The notes under the pieces are model-generated. The model ran no database searches, had not been told where the DNA came from, and saw only the letters and a list, made by a program, of their open reading frames with translations. A program made the translations under genes and the position numbers. 32,000 nucleotides of DNA from Wolbachia endosymbiont of Cimex lectularius (lineage in GTDB: Bacteria; Pseudomonadota; Alphaproteobacteria; Rickettsiales; Anaplasmataceae), in contig NZ_AP013028.1 in NCBI RefSeq assembly GCF_000829315.1, forward strand, positions 1 through 32,000. The letters run 5' to 3'. Shown piece after piece: positions 1-9,263 of this stretch (the first letter of the stretch is position 1; every line of letters starts with the position of its first letter).

Positions 1-152
1 ATGATCAATTTTAGTGATTTTATACCCTTTACAACTCATCAAAAATCACCATAATTTTTAGTGTGTATTAAGTAGTGTTAGCTTTTCACTTTGCAGCAAG
101 CTATTGATTATCTTGTGTTTTTCTAATTATTGCTTTTTTCTTGGTGTAATAT

Positions 153-1535
153 ATGAGCTTGATTAACCCTAAGGTTTCTACTATGTTTTTTGACCAAATC
201 GTTACAGTAACAGATCACAATATTGCTTGGAAAAAAATCCAAAATTGTCTTTATAATCTTTATGGAGAGGCAACGTATAATAGCTGGCTAAGTTCACTTA
301 GCTTTGTTAGTAGTAGCAATGGAGAAGTTTTGTTGTCTGTGCCAACAAGATTTATAAAAGAGTGGATTACGGTTCACTACATGGAAAAAATACTATCATT
401 GTGGCAAAACGAGGATGAAAGTATACGTTCTATTGATATTCAAGTAATCGAAGAAAAGAATTCAAACCCTAATACTATATCAAAAAGCAGGGAGGAAAGT
501 AATCATAGTCTTGGTTCACCGCTGGATCCAAGGTTTACCTTTGATAATTTTGTGGTAGGAAAGCCAAATGAGCTAGCGTTTACAGCTGCAAAGCGTGTGG
601 CAGAATCTATAGATCCAATACCAGGCAGCAACCCTCTGTTTCTATATGGTGGAGTGGGGCTTGGTAAAACACACCTGATGCATGCTATAGCTTGGCACAT
701 AGTCAATTCTCCATCGGTGAAAAGAAAAGTAGCATATTTATCAGCAGAGAAGTTCATGTACCAATATATTACAGCACTGCGAAGTAAGGATATTATGTTG
801 TTTAAGGAACAATTTAGGTCAGTAGATGTATTGATGGTAGATGATGTGCAATTTATCAGTGGTAAAGATAGCACGCAGGAAGAATTTTTTCACACCTTTA
901 ATGCGCTAATAGACCAAAATAAACAATTGGTTATATCGGCTGATAGATCTCCTAGTGATCTTGATGGAGTAGAGGAAAGAATAAAATCGCGGCTTGGTTG
1001 GGGGTTGGTGGCGGATATTAATGAAACGACTTTCGAATTAAGACTTGGTATATTGCAGGCTAAAGTGGAACAAATGAGCATGTATGTTCCGGATGATGTT
1101 CTAGAGTTTTTGGCAAGGAACATAAAATCTAATATAAGAGAATTGGAAGGAGCATTGAATAAAGTTGCCCATACTTTGTTGATTGGCAGGAGTATGACAG
1201 TAGAGTCGGCCAGTGAAACTTTAGCAGATCTTCTTAGATCAAATCATAAGTCAATTACAATAGCAGAAATACAAAGGAAAATAGCTGAGTTTTTTAATAT
1301 AAAAGTAGCGGATATGCACTCCAATAGGAGGCTTCGTGGTCTTGTAAGACCAAGGCAAATAGCTATGTATTTCGCTAAGAAATTCACACAAAAAAGTCTG
1401 CCAGATATTGGAAGAAGCTTTGGTGGCAGAGACCATGCTACTGTTATACATGCAGTAAAACAAATAGAAAATTTTATAAAAACCGACTCAAATTTTGCTG
1501 ATGAAATTAATCAGTTAAGGAAAATGTTTAAATAG
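153..1535 (+). CDS. dnaA: Chromosomal replication initiator protein DnaA
   Basis: 460-aa ORF. AAA+ Walker [11 protein letters not shown], Walker B-like VLMVDDVQF, and a C-terminal DnaA-box-binding region ([10 protein letters not shown]...[11 protein letters not shown]). Confidence 0.97.
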   Translation: MSLINPKVSTMFFDQIVTVTDHNIAWKKIQNCLYNLYGEATYNSWLSSLSFVSSSNGEVLLSVPTRFIKEWITVHYMEKILSLWQNEDESIRSIDIQVIEEKNSNPNTISKSREESNHSLGSPLDPRFTFDNFVVGKPNELAFTAAKRVAESIDPIPGSNPLFLYGGVGLGKTHLMHAIAWHIVNSPSVKRKVAYLSAEKFMYQYITALRSKDIMLFKEQFRSVDVLMVDDVQFISGKDSTQEEFFHTFNALIDQNKQLVISADRSPSDLDGVEERIKSRLGWGLVADINETTFELRLGILQAKVEQMSMYVPDDVLEFLARNIKSNIRELEGALNKVAHTLLIGRSMTVESASETLADLLRSNHKSITIAEIQRKIAEFFNIKVADMHSNRRLRGLVRPRQIAMYFAKKFTQKSLPDIGRSFGGRDHATVIHAVKQIENFIKTDSNFADEINQLRKMFK

Positions 1536-1620
1536 AGGTTAGGTTACACAGGCCTTATGTTTAGTGCTGGAGCGGCAATAGACCACTCGCATAGCTTTTA
1601 GCAGCATGCTAGACATATAG

Positions 1621-2170
1621 AAACAAAAAAACTACTTGACAACCTTCGCCAATACCCTTATAATGAGATTGAAGCTATTATTTATCTTCAGTCTGTGCAG
1701 ATTAAATGACAAAAAAACTTAGTATATCTGGCGTACCATGTTTAATTTTTTGCACTATGTGCACCTCACGTCTTTTTAAAACTTCTGGTTTTTTACCTAT
1801 ACAAGCTGAAACGCGCTTATAAGTCGTTTAAAACATAAAAAAACGCCAATATTATAGGATAGATAGTAAATAACTAGCTACCGGGGTTTCTTTTGCTGTT
1901 TTTTCTGTTTAGTAAATTTTTTAAACGTTTGCAGCTAAGGTTAGTTGCATTAAAAAGCAGCTAAGTCGCATTCATCAAGCGTTTAGAATAAAAAAAACGC
2001 CGATATTTCGACACAAAAGTAAATAACTAGCCACCACGGGGCTTCTTTTGCTTTTTTTTTGTTTAGTAAATTTCTTAATATTTATAGCTAAGGCAATTTA
2101 AGAGCACACAAAAAATGCCAAGAATAATTGCCTTTTAGATGCAAGAAGTTTAGTGTTTGTTATTTACCTA
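1621..2170 (+). repeat. Promoter-bearing modular intergenic repeat, copy A (promoter module, conserved body, 2-3 tandem 3' modules)
   Basis: Aligns by eye with 12521-12939 (reverse complement), 17343-17730, 21445-21745, 21764-21912 and 27711-28090 (reverse complement). Shared blocks: aaaaaactacttgacaa, ttgaagctatt, cttctggtttttacctatacaagctgaaacgcgcttataagtcgtttaa, aacgccaat...ggggtttcttttgc + T-run. Confidence 0.85.
1636..1664 (+). promoter_or_regulatory. Consensus sigma70-type promoter TTGACA-N17-TATAAT inside repeat copy A
   Basis: TTGACA at 1636-1641, 17-nt spacer, TATAAT at 1659-1664. It fires toward the convergent minus-strand gene at 2182-3435. Confidence 0.5.
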
Positions 2171-2181
2171 AAATCGTGACT

Positions 2182-3435
2182 TTAATCTACCTTAAGCTCA
2201 AAGTCTTCCGTTAGCTGTGTAGAATACATTTCCTGATTATCTTGATTATAGAGAGTAAATTCGTGATCATCTAAGTTTAATATTGCAAAACCGAAGCCAA
2301 AAAAGTTTCTAACTTCATGTGCTAAATAATTTTTGCCGTTTGAGTAACTAAATTCTACATTTTGATAAGTAGGTTCCTGATCTTGAGCGTGTAATAGTGC
2401 ACCACCGTTTCCGATTATAATCTGGTCTGGAACATTACTCATCAATAAGATCTGAGCTATGTGAATATGGCCGGAAACTGTGGTAGTGACATTGCTTGGA
2501 AATTTATCTCCAAAAGCTTCAATTTGTGTGAGATTGCCATGACTTTTTAATATCAAAAGTTCTTTTTTTGGAGATCTCCAAAGCGGTCTGTGAGTTAAAA
2601 ACCACGTGGGTTTGTTAGAACTATCTTGTGTTAGTTTGTTAAATTGCTTCTCAAAAGCATCAATTGTACTCTGAGTTGTGAAAATATCTTCACCAGACGA
2701 AGAGTCGAAGATAAAAAATCTCATCGGTCCAATGTCTAAAGACCAGCTAGGAACGAAATTTTCACATTTCTCAGATGAAAAGGGGTATGGATCTAGATAT
2801 CTAAACCATCCTTCATAAGCTCTGTCACAACTTTCATGGTTTCCCCTGACAAAGAGAAAAGAAGATTGTAGTAGAATATCCTTTGCAGGCTCGAACCAAT
2901 CAGCGTACCAAGCTTCTTTATTGTACCCATAAATATTGCCGCACTTTTGTTCATTTCTACATTTTGTTTTTCTGTAATGGTAATCGCCAACGTGGATAAT
3001 TAGGTCAGGTTTATGAGAGGCAATAGAATCTAAGTTTTTTTTTAAAGGCCAACTATCTACCGAATTACATTCCTGTTGAAATAATGCATTTATTCTGCAG
3101 CCCGTATCACCAATAAAAGCAATTTTGCTAATCTTTTCTGGTGATGTGGGGACCTGTATGTTGTCAATATTAATGTTTTCGGCACTCGTTTCTACTATCA
3201 GTTCACAAACTGTTTCGGTGTGATCACCATTGTTAATTGAGCTGCGACTTAGCATTTCTATTTCCTCGCCGTCGACATGAACGATGGGGCAAGTATCATT
3301 GTCTATAATTGCACGTACGCTTAATTTATTTTCCGGAATAGCTTGAGACCACGTGTATAATATCTGTGCATGGGCAGAGTAAAAGCTGGTTATAAGAGAT
3401 AAGGTTAAAAAGATAAGGATATTAGCTATATTCAT
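2182..3435 (-). CDS. Secreted calcineurin-like metallophosphoesterase
   Basis: 417-aa ORF with an N-terminal signal peptide (MNIANILIFLTLSLITSFYSAHA). Metallophosphatase motifs GDTG, HVGDYHY, RGNHE, GHIH. Confidence 0.8.
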   Translation of the reverse strand: MNIANILIFLTLSLITSFYSAHAQILYTWSQAIPENKLSVRAIIDNDTCPIVHVDGEEIEMLSRSSINNGDHTETVCELIVETSAENINIDNIQVPTSPEKISKIAFIGDTGCRINALFQQECNSVDSWPLKKNLDSIASHKPDLIIHVGDYHYRKTKCRNEQKCGNIYGYNKEAWYADWFEPAKDILLQSSFLFVRGNHESCDRAYEGWFRYLDPYPFSSEKCENFVPSWSLDIGPMRFFIFDSSSGEDIFTTQSTIDAFEKQFNKLTQDSSNKPTWFLTHRPLWRSPKKELLILKSHGNLTQIEAFGDKFPSNVTTTVSGHIHIAQILLMSNVPDQIIIGNGGALLHAQDQEPTYQNVEFSYSNGKNYLAHEVRNFFGFGFAILNLDDHEFTLYNQDNQEMYSTQLTEDFELKVD

Positions 3436-3551
3436 TTGTATAAAAACCTAAGTTTAAAATGTATCCGTTCAACGGGGTGACAAAATAGGGTGGACAAGGT
3501 AACATAAAAGATAACCATGGAGTAAAAGTAAGTTTACAACAAAGGATGTTG

Positions 3552-3661
3552 TCCCAGTGCCTAGACACTGGGATCCAGCAAAATTGATTGTAAACAAGTG
3601 CACTATACAGCATTTTAAATGAAACTACCAAAAACTGGATTCCAGTGTCAAGCACTGGAAT
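3552..3661. repeat. Two hairpin repeats of the tcccagtg/cactggga family
   Basis: tcccagtg(3552-3559)/cactggga(3566-3573) and attccagtg(3639-3647)/cactggaat(3653-3661). The same stem motifs recur at 12417-12437, 23465-23600, 26140-26280 and 29829-29854. Confidence 0.8.
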
Positions 3662-3752
3662 AACACCACTTTTGCTTCAATATTCACCACGCCCCTGAAT
3701 GGATATCTTAAAATTAGCGACACAATCATCTTAAATAATTGAAGCTCATAAT

Positions 3753-3795
3753 CACAAAATCAGATCTCTTGCATAACCTGCTTTCTGATTTTGTG
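3753..3795. repeat. Perfect 12-bp inverted repeat (hairpin, 19-nt loop)
   Basis: CACAAAATCAGA at 3753-3764 and TCTGATTTTGTG at 3784-3795. Confidence 0.85.
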
Positions 3796-3991
3796 TCAAA
3801 ACTTGCTTGCGCTTCTCCCAAGTATTCTGTGTGTCTCCTAAAAATTCCTTACCATTAATGCAAAAGATCTATTCATAACAGAATTATACAGACAATTTAT
3901 AAATTATCCTAGTATCAGATTGACACTTTGGATGAAGAATCCTAAAATGATTAAGTAATTTAAAATAATTATATAAAAACTAGAATAAAAT

Positions 3992-4079
3992 GCGGTCGTG
4001 GTGGAATTGGTAGACACGCAGCGTTGAGGTCGCTGTGGCTCATAAGGTCTTGGAAGTTCAAGTCTTCTCGGCCGCACCA
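3992..4079 (+). tRNA. tRNA-Leu (anticodon GAG), type II with long variable arm, CCA encoded
   Basis: Manual cloverleaf. Acceptor GCGGTCG/CGGCCGC (one G-U pair), D arm GTG-AATTGGTAGA-CAC. Anticodon stem CAGCG/CGCTG with loop TTGAGGT. T arm GGAAG-TTCAAGT-CTTCT, discriminator A plus CCA. Confidence 0.9.
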
Positions 4080-4109
4080 AGTTTCTTGTCGTTATTTGAT
4101 GTAGGTAAA

Positions 4110-5192
4110 ATGTTAATAGGAAATCAAGGTAAAAATAAAATAGAGAGGGCCATCAGTGAAATCAGGCGTGGTCTGCCAATTGTAATATATGATGAAAGTG
4201 ATTATCTATTGTTTGCTGCTGCTGAAACTTTAGAGAGGGATTCATTTGATCAGTATAAGCTCATATCAGACAATCTATGTGTCACTTTGACTCCAAGTAA
4301 AGTGCAGTATACGTTCCAAAATGAGGAAAATGGCAGCAAACGCTTGCCGATAAACAACTTTGATGAGCTGCTTTATTTAGTAAACTGTTCAACAGAAGAT
4401 AGCACAAAAGAATTGCTGCGTTCAAAGATGATAGATAAATGTGCTACTACTTTGCTTAAATTCTCGGAATTATTGCCATACGCGTTAGTGATCGATATGA
4501 CTTTTAAAGATAAGAATGAGATGCGAGATTGGTGTGAGAAAAATGACGTCATTGCGTTGGACACATCATTCATAAACGATTTTCAACGAAACCAGGGTTT
4601 ATATGAAGTGTGCAAAACATCATTATTTTTGAAGCAGACTCAAGAAGTAAATATCATATCTTATAGAACCAAAAGTGGCGGGAGGGAACATTATGCAATT
4701 ATTATTGGCAATCCAAATGAAGATGGAGACCTGTTAGTGAGGATTCATTCCTCATGCTATACAGGCGATCTATTAGACAGCTTATCGTGCGATTGTAGAA
4801 GCCAATTACATCAAGCAATCCAAATAATGGCTGACTCTAGCGGTGGCATTATATTATACCTTATGCAGGATGGTAGGGGCATTGGTTTAACTAATAAGTT
4901 AAGGGCATATGATATGCAGAGAAAATATAATCTTGATACTGTGGATGCAAATAGAATATTGGGTTTTGAAGATGATGAAAGGGATTTTACCGTTGCAGCT
5001 GAAATGCTCAAGAAATTAGGCATTAAAAAAGTCCAATTACTTACAAATAACGGTAGAAAGTTATCAGAGTTGAAAAACAGTGGCATAGAGGTTACAAGGT
5101 GTCTACCACTTATTATGGAGCGTAATCAGTATAATAGTTCATATATGGAGACAAAATTTGGCAAGCTAGGCCACAAGTTAAGGGTTTTTTAG
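4110..5192 (+). CDS. ribA: GTP cyclohydrolase II (RibA) with an N-terminal RibB-like but apparently degenerate domain
   Basis: C-terminal half has GTP cyclohydrolase II signatures (HSSCYTGDLLDSLSCDCRSQL, QDGRGIGLTNKLRAY). The track ORF start at 4035 (GTG) overlaps the tRNA-Leu, so the ATG at 4110 (MLIGNQG...) is preferred. Confidence 0.85.
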   Translation: MLIGNQGKNKIERAISEIRRGLPIVIYDESDYLLFAAAETLERDSFDQYKLISDNLCVTLTPSKVQYTFQNEENGSKRLPINNFDELLYLVNCSTEDSTKELLRSKMIDKCATTLLKFSELLPYALVIDMTFKDKNEMRDWCEKNDVIALDTSFINDFQRNQGLYEVCKTSLFLKQTQEVNIISYRTKSGGREHYAIIIGNPNEDGDLLVRIHSSCYTGDLLDSLSCDCRSQLHQAIQIMADSSGGIILYLMQDGRGIGLTNKLRAYDMQRKYNLDTVDANRILGFEDDERDFTVAAEMLKKLGIKKVQLLTNNGRKLSELKNSGIEVTRCLPLIMERNQYNSSYMETKFGKLGHKLRVF

Positions 5193-5263
5193 CTTTTTTG
5201 TTGTAACTACTTTGTTGATTTACTATGTTCGTTAATATTGGTTAAGGTTTTGAGAAAATTAAG

Positions 5264-5944
5264 ATGCTAAAGCTTTTCAAACAGAAAAATAATGAGTCGT
5301 TGGATAAGGATGTAAATTGGAGTTCAAGTCGTTATAGCACAGTTGTTGCTCAGAGAAATACTTTGCTTTTATTTACATTAATATTATTAGTAGCAATTTC
5401 TGTAAGCATATTGGCTATATTTAAAATTAGTACAAGTAGCACTATTGAACCATTTGTTATAGAAATTGAAAAAAAATCTGGAATAGTGCAGTTGGTTGAT
5501 CCTGTTACAGTAAAACAATATTCTGCGGATAAAGTACTAAACAATCATTTTATTGCAGAATATATAAAGGCAAGAGAGGTTTTTGATAAATATAACTACA
5601 ATTATAACTATTACACAAAGGTGAGGTTATTTTCTTCACCCAATGTATATAATGAATTTAGAAATTATATAAGTTCGCAGAACATGGATGATCTTTTTAA
5701 TTTATATTCAGGTTTTGTTAAAAATGAGTTTAAGATTCGCTCAATTCAGAAATTGTATGATGATACCTTTCAGGTGAGGTTTACTGTGGAATTTACACGA
5801 AAAAATGGAAGCTCTGTAAAAAAGAACAAGATAGTCATCATGTCGTATAAATATGCATCACTTGAAATGAATGATCAGCAAAGATACGTTAATCCGTTAG
5901 GATTTCAGGTTACTTCTTATAGGGTAGATGATGAACATGTGTAG
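5264..5944 (+). CDS. virB8: Type IV secretion system protein VirB8
   Basis: 226 aa with a single N-terminal TM (LLLFTLILLVAISVSILAIF) followed by a periplasmic domain. It is first in a virB8-9-10-11-D4 gene string and overlaps virB9 by 17 nt. Confidence 0.85.
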   Translation: MLKLFKQKNNESLDKDVNWSSSRYSTVVAQRNTLLLFTLILLVAISVSILAIFKISTSSTIEPFVIEIEKKSGIVQLVDPVTVKQYSADKVLNNHFIAEYIKAREVFDKYNYNYNYYTKVRLFSSPNVYNEFRNYISSQNMDDLFNLYSGFVKNEFKIRSIQKLYDDTFQVRFTVEFTRKNGSSVKKNKIVIMSYKYASLEMNDQQRYVNPLGFQVTSYRVDDEHV

Positions 5945-6737
5945 AATATTATTAGTTTTAGCTTTACTGATAAATAGCAGTTTAAGTGCATCAGTTAATT
6001 ACAATAAGCCTATTTCTGTAGATAGTAGAATAAAAACTTTTGTGTATAGCCCTAACGAAGTATTCACAGTTGTTTTCAGTCAAGGCTACTATTCTTATAT
6101 TGAATTTGCAGAAGGAGAAAAAGTCAAAAACATTGCTGTTGGTGATGCGTCAAGTTGGAAAATTAGCCCTTATGACAATAAATTACTTATCATGCCATTT
6201 GAAGTTAGTAGCCGCACTAACATGATTATCACAACCACCAAAAAAAGAAATTACATTTTTGATTTAATCTCAAGACCAAACTACGATAAATACCCAGATA
6301 CTGATACTGAGAAAATAAGTCACGATTATTCTGCTGAAAAAGATATATCTTATGTAGTACGTTTTTATTACCCTCAAGAGGAAGATGAATTTGATGTTGA
6401 TTTAGATGAAGTATCAACGCCTACTCAAATGCAATATGTTGTAGACAAGCCAGAAGGAGTAATACAGGAAAATGACAAGAAGTACAATTATACATATATC
6501 GATGAAGGTGTTAACACTGATATAATACCAATTGAGTTATTTGACGATGGCTATTTAACCTATTTTAAATTTAGGGACAGTAACAAAATACCTCAGATTT
6601 TTACAGAAGAGGGTAAAACTAAATTACCTTGTAAAAGACTGTTATTTGATGGTTATGTTATAATAAAAGGGGTGCATAAGAAATTGTTCATGCGTTATGA
6701 GAATAATGAGGTTGAAATTATAAATAGGTCACTTTAG
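5928..6737 (+). CDS. virB9: Type IV secretion system protein VirB9
   Basis: 269 aa, signal peptide (MCRILLVLALLINSSLSA), VirB9/CagX-like size and position between virB8 and virB10. Confidence 0.85.
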   Translation: MMNMCRILLVLALLINSSLSASVNYNKPISVDSRIKTFVYSPNEVFTVVFSQGYYSYIEFAEGEKVKNIAVGDASSWKISPYDNKLLIMPFEVSSRTNMIITTTKKRNYIFDLISRPNYDKYPDTDTEKISHDYSAEKDISYVVRFYYPQEEDEFDVDLDEVSTPTQMQYVVDKPEGVIQENDKKYNYTYIDEGVNTDIIPIELFDDGYLTYFKFRDSNKIPQIFTEEGKTKLPCKRLLFDGYVIIKGVHKKLFMRYENNEVEIINRSL

Positions 6738-6753
6738 CTGTGGTACATGTAAT

Positions 6754-8241
6754 ATGAGTAAAGAAAAGCGTAACAATTCGGAAAATGAGTCAGAAATAGA
6801 GAGCAATGTAGTAACAGTTGGCTCTAATCAAGGCCATAGAGCATTAATGGTTGTTATTTTAGTGCTTCTAGTTGGTGGGATATATTATCTCTATTTTAGT
6901 CCTTCTTCCGATGAAGAGGATGTGGAAACCATTAGAAAGGAAGAAACGGAGCAAAATGTTCAAGAATTGAAAGGAAAGTTGGAGAAAGTTCCAGATAATA
7001 CAGCAGTTCCTGAAAGGATAATAACTGATCTGCCATCTTTACCTCCTATTTCTACACCGCAAATTATACCGGAAGTAAAACAGTCTAAAAAAGAAGAAAT
7101 GGTAAAAAAAGAAGAAGAAAAACCAAAAGAAACGCCTATGTCAAATATACCTGTTTTGCCAAAGCAAAACTTCCCTCATAGCAATATTACTAGCAATTTA
7201 CCAACATCGTTTCCTACAATAGGTGGAGGTGGTTATCCTAGAGACAGACGTGGTGCACAAATGTTAGCAATTTCAGGTGGTGGTAAAGAGGGCAAGGCTG
7301 CCGATGCCGTTTTATCTAACACTTCAATACAGCCGAGTATAGCTACCAAAGTGGGAAAACTTGGGTTTATGATTACTCAAGGTAAAATTATTGATGCTGT
7401 TCTTGAGACTGCAATAAGTTCTGATCTGCAAGGAACGCTACGTGCTGTGGTTAGTAGTAATGTTTATGCAGAGACTGGTGATACGGTTTTAATACCCAGA
7501 GGTTCAAGATTGATAGGTGGCTATTCATTTGACTCGAATGTTGCAAGAGTTCGCATAAATATAAACTGGAATAGGATCATTCTTCCTCATGGAATAGATA
7601 TTGCTATTTCATCACCTGGCACCGATGAGCTTGGTAGAGCAGGAGTAGCTGGCATAGTTGATAATAAAATAGCAAGTGCATTGTTTTCTTCAATATTGCT
7701 TGCAGGCGTTTCGATTGGGTCAGCTGTTATAGGACAAAAGTCTTCCAATCTTGTTGATGCGCTAACTCCTATGGATGCGGTGAGAGCTATCACTGCAACT
7801 GAAATAGATTTTTCTTCACTCAAGGATGTCATTATTGATGGACTAAAGGGTGACAGTGCAGCTAAAGTTGAGAAAGCAGAGGGAAAAGCGTGGAAATTGG
7901 GTCTTGGAGCTATTGGCAGAATTAAGAATGCTAAAAATGAGCAAGATTTGCTGAAGATAATGAAAGAGGAAATAGCAAAAGCGTTAGGAATTGAAAAAGA
8001 TAAGGTAAATATAAGCCTAGAAGACATAAATCAACTGCTACAACAATTTCTAGGAAAAAACAAGTCTGTCTATGAAGAAGCAATTAGCAAATCAATCAAT
8101 GATTTTTCTAAAGATATGCGAGATATAGTCGAAAGATCTACAGATAAAAAACCAACTGTTTATGTCGATCAAGGCACCGCGTTGAAAGTATTTGTTAACC
8201 AAGATATAGTATTTCCTCCACAGGCAATATTAAACCAGTAA
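6754..8241 (+). CDS. virB10: Type IV secretion system protein VirB10
   Basis: 495 aa. N-terminal TM, Pro/Lys/Glu-rich linker, C-terminal TrbI/VirB10-type domain (IPRGSRLIGGY..., PTVYVDQGTALKVFV). Confidence 0.9.
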   Translation: MSKEKRNNSENESEIESNVVTVGSNQGHRALMVVILVLLVGGIYYLYFSPSSDEEDVETIRKEETEQNVQELKGKLEKVPDNTAVPERIITDLPSLPPISTPQIIPEVKQSKKEEMVKKEEEKPKETPMSNIPVLPKQNFPHSNITSNLPTSFPTIGGGGYPRDRRGAQMLAISGGGKEGKAADAVLSNTSIQPSIATKVGKLGFMITQGKIIDAVLETAISSDLQGTLRAVVSSNVYAETGDTVLIPRGSRLIGGYSFDSNVARVRININWNRIILPHGIDIAISSPGTDELGRAGVAGIVDNKIASALFSSILLAGVSIGSAVIGQKSSNLVDALTPMDAVRAITATEIDFSSLKDVIIDGLKGDSAAKVEKAEGKAWKLGLGAIGRIKNAKNEQDLLKIMKEEIAKALGIEKDKVNISLEDINQLLQQFLGKNKSVYEEAISKSINDFSKDMRDIVERSTDKKPTVYVDQGTALKVFVNQDIVFPPQAILNQ

Positions 8242-8242
8242 A

Positions 8243-9235
8243 ATGAACTATGCTGCACTTGATACATATTTAGAGCCATTACAAGGCATCTTTCAAGAGG
8301 AAGGTGTAAATGAAATATCAATAAATAAGCCAAAGGAAGTATGGATTGAAAATCGTGGTGAAATAAGGTGTGAAAAATTAGAGATATTCGACCTTAACCA
8401 TTTAAAATCTCTTAGCAGACTGATTGCTCAAGCCACAGAACAAAAACTTAGCGAGGAAGCACCGCTGCTTTCAGCTACATTACCAAATGGTTATCGTATA
8501 CAGATAGTATTTCCACCAGCATGTGAGTCTGATAAGGTAGTCATGTCAATTCGTAAACCTTCTACCATGCAATTAGCATTGGATGATTATGAAAAGATGG
8601 GGGCTTTTTCTGAAACTGTTATAGAAGTAACTGATGATCCAGTGGATCGTCACCTGGATTCACTATTAAAGCAAAGGAGAATAAGAGAGTTTTTAGAATA
8701 CGCTGTAATAAATAAAAAAAACATCATAATCAGTGGCGGAACTTCTACTGGTAAAACTACTTTCACTAACGCAACTTTGCGTACCATTCCAGCCGAAGAA
8801 AGAATTATTACTGTTGAAGATGCGAGGGAAATCGTTTTGAACGATCACCCCAATAGAGTACATTTAATTGCCTCTAAAGGAGGGCAGGGCAGGGCCAAAG
8901 TGACCACTCAAGATTTGATAGAAGCATGCTTACGCTTAAGACCAGATAGAATAATAGTTGGTGAGCTCCGTGGAGCGGAAGCTTTTAGCTTTCTTAGGGC
9001 AATAAACACTGGTCACCCAGGATCAATATCAACCCTTCATGCGGATAGTCCAGCAATGGCCCTTGAGCAAATAAAACTGATGGTCATGCAAGCAAATCTT
9101 GGCATTCCCCCAGATCAGATCATACCATACATCAGAAATGTAATCGATATTGTCATTCAGCTAAAAAGAACCAGCGGGGGGAAAAGAAGCATATCTGAAA
9201 TATTATTTACTAGATCATCGGATGAAAATGCTTAA
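8243..9235 (+). CDS. virB11: Type IV secretion ATPase VirB11
   Basis: 330 aa. Walker A GGTSTGKTT, RPDRIIVGELRG, His box TGHPGSISTLHA. Starts 1 nt after the virB10 stop. Confidence 0.95.
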   Translation: MNYAALDTYLEPLQGIFQEEGVNEISINKPKEVWIENRGEIRCEKLEIFDLNHLKSLSRLIAQATEQKLSEEAPLLSATLPNGYRIQIVFPPACESDKVVMSIRKPSTMQLALDDYEKMGAFSETVIEVTDDPVDRHLDSLLKQRRIREFLEYAVINKKNIIISGGTSTGKTTFTNATLRTIPAEERIITVEDAREIVLNDHPNRVHLIASKGGQGRAKVTTQDLIEACLRLRPDRIIVGELRGAEAFSFLRAINTGHPGSISTLHADSPAMALEQIKLMVMQANLGIPPDQIIPYIRNVIDIVIQLKRTSGGKRSISEILFTRSSDENA

Positions 9236-9263
9236 ATTTATACATAATGAGGAAAAGTAGTTT

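Noticed and set aside
1-152. Possible oriC/DnaA-box cluster next to dnaA.
   Set aside because: No TTATCCACA-like boxes are recognisable in 1-152 or 1536-2181. In Wolbachia the predicted origin is not adjacent to dnaA.
503-1463. Antisense ORFs inside dnaA (503-874, 890-1123, 1251-1463). The same applies to similar antisense or shadow ORFs inside the 2182-3435 gene, ribA, virB8/9/10, virD4, wspB, cckA, hemF, the transporter, acnA, recG, rpoH and wsp.
   Set aside because: Each lies entirely within a longer, well-supported gene on the opposite strand or in another frame. They have no recognisable motifs.
1706-1822. 38-codon ORF (MTKKLSISGVPCLIFCTMCTSRLFKTSGFLPIQAETRL) just downstream of the consensus promoter in repeat copy A, which looked like a possible type I toxin or small membrane peptide.
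   Set aside because: Copy B keeps the frame but with mostly non-synonymous changes. Copy C has a 34-bp deletion plus a frame change. Copy F lacks the start region entirely. There is no obvious ribosome-binding site. Conservation is nucleotide-level, not protein-level.
1845-2070. The ggggYttcttttgc + T-run 3' modules of the repeat family as rho-independent terminators.
   Set aside because: I found no conserved GC-rich stem upstream of the T-run. A caaaag/cttttg pairing exists only in some units (A2, B2). The terminator call is therefore unsupported and the modules are left as unexplained repeats.
3422-3655. 77-aa ORF, together with the ORFs at 23645-23839, 23742-23984, 28112-28375 and 30724-30915 in spacers.
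   Set aside because: They run through hairpin or dispersed repeats or AT-rich spacer. They have odd composition (Cys/Trp/His-rich from repeat stems), no ribosome-binding site and no family resemblance.
4035-4109. Upstream extension of the ribA ORF from GTG 4035.
   Set aside because: It overlaps the 3' half of a well-folded tRNA-Leu (3992-4079). The internal ATG at 4110 is the more plausible start.
7790-8150. A long K/E-rich helical segment in VirB10 before the last beta-strands, which might be an expanded antenna insertion.
   Set aside because: I cannot judge whether it is unusual without an alignment to other VirB10/TrbI proteins, so it is not reported as a finding.
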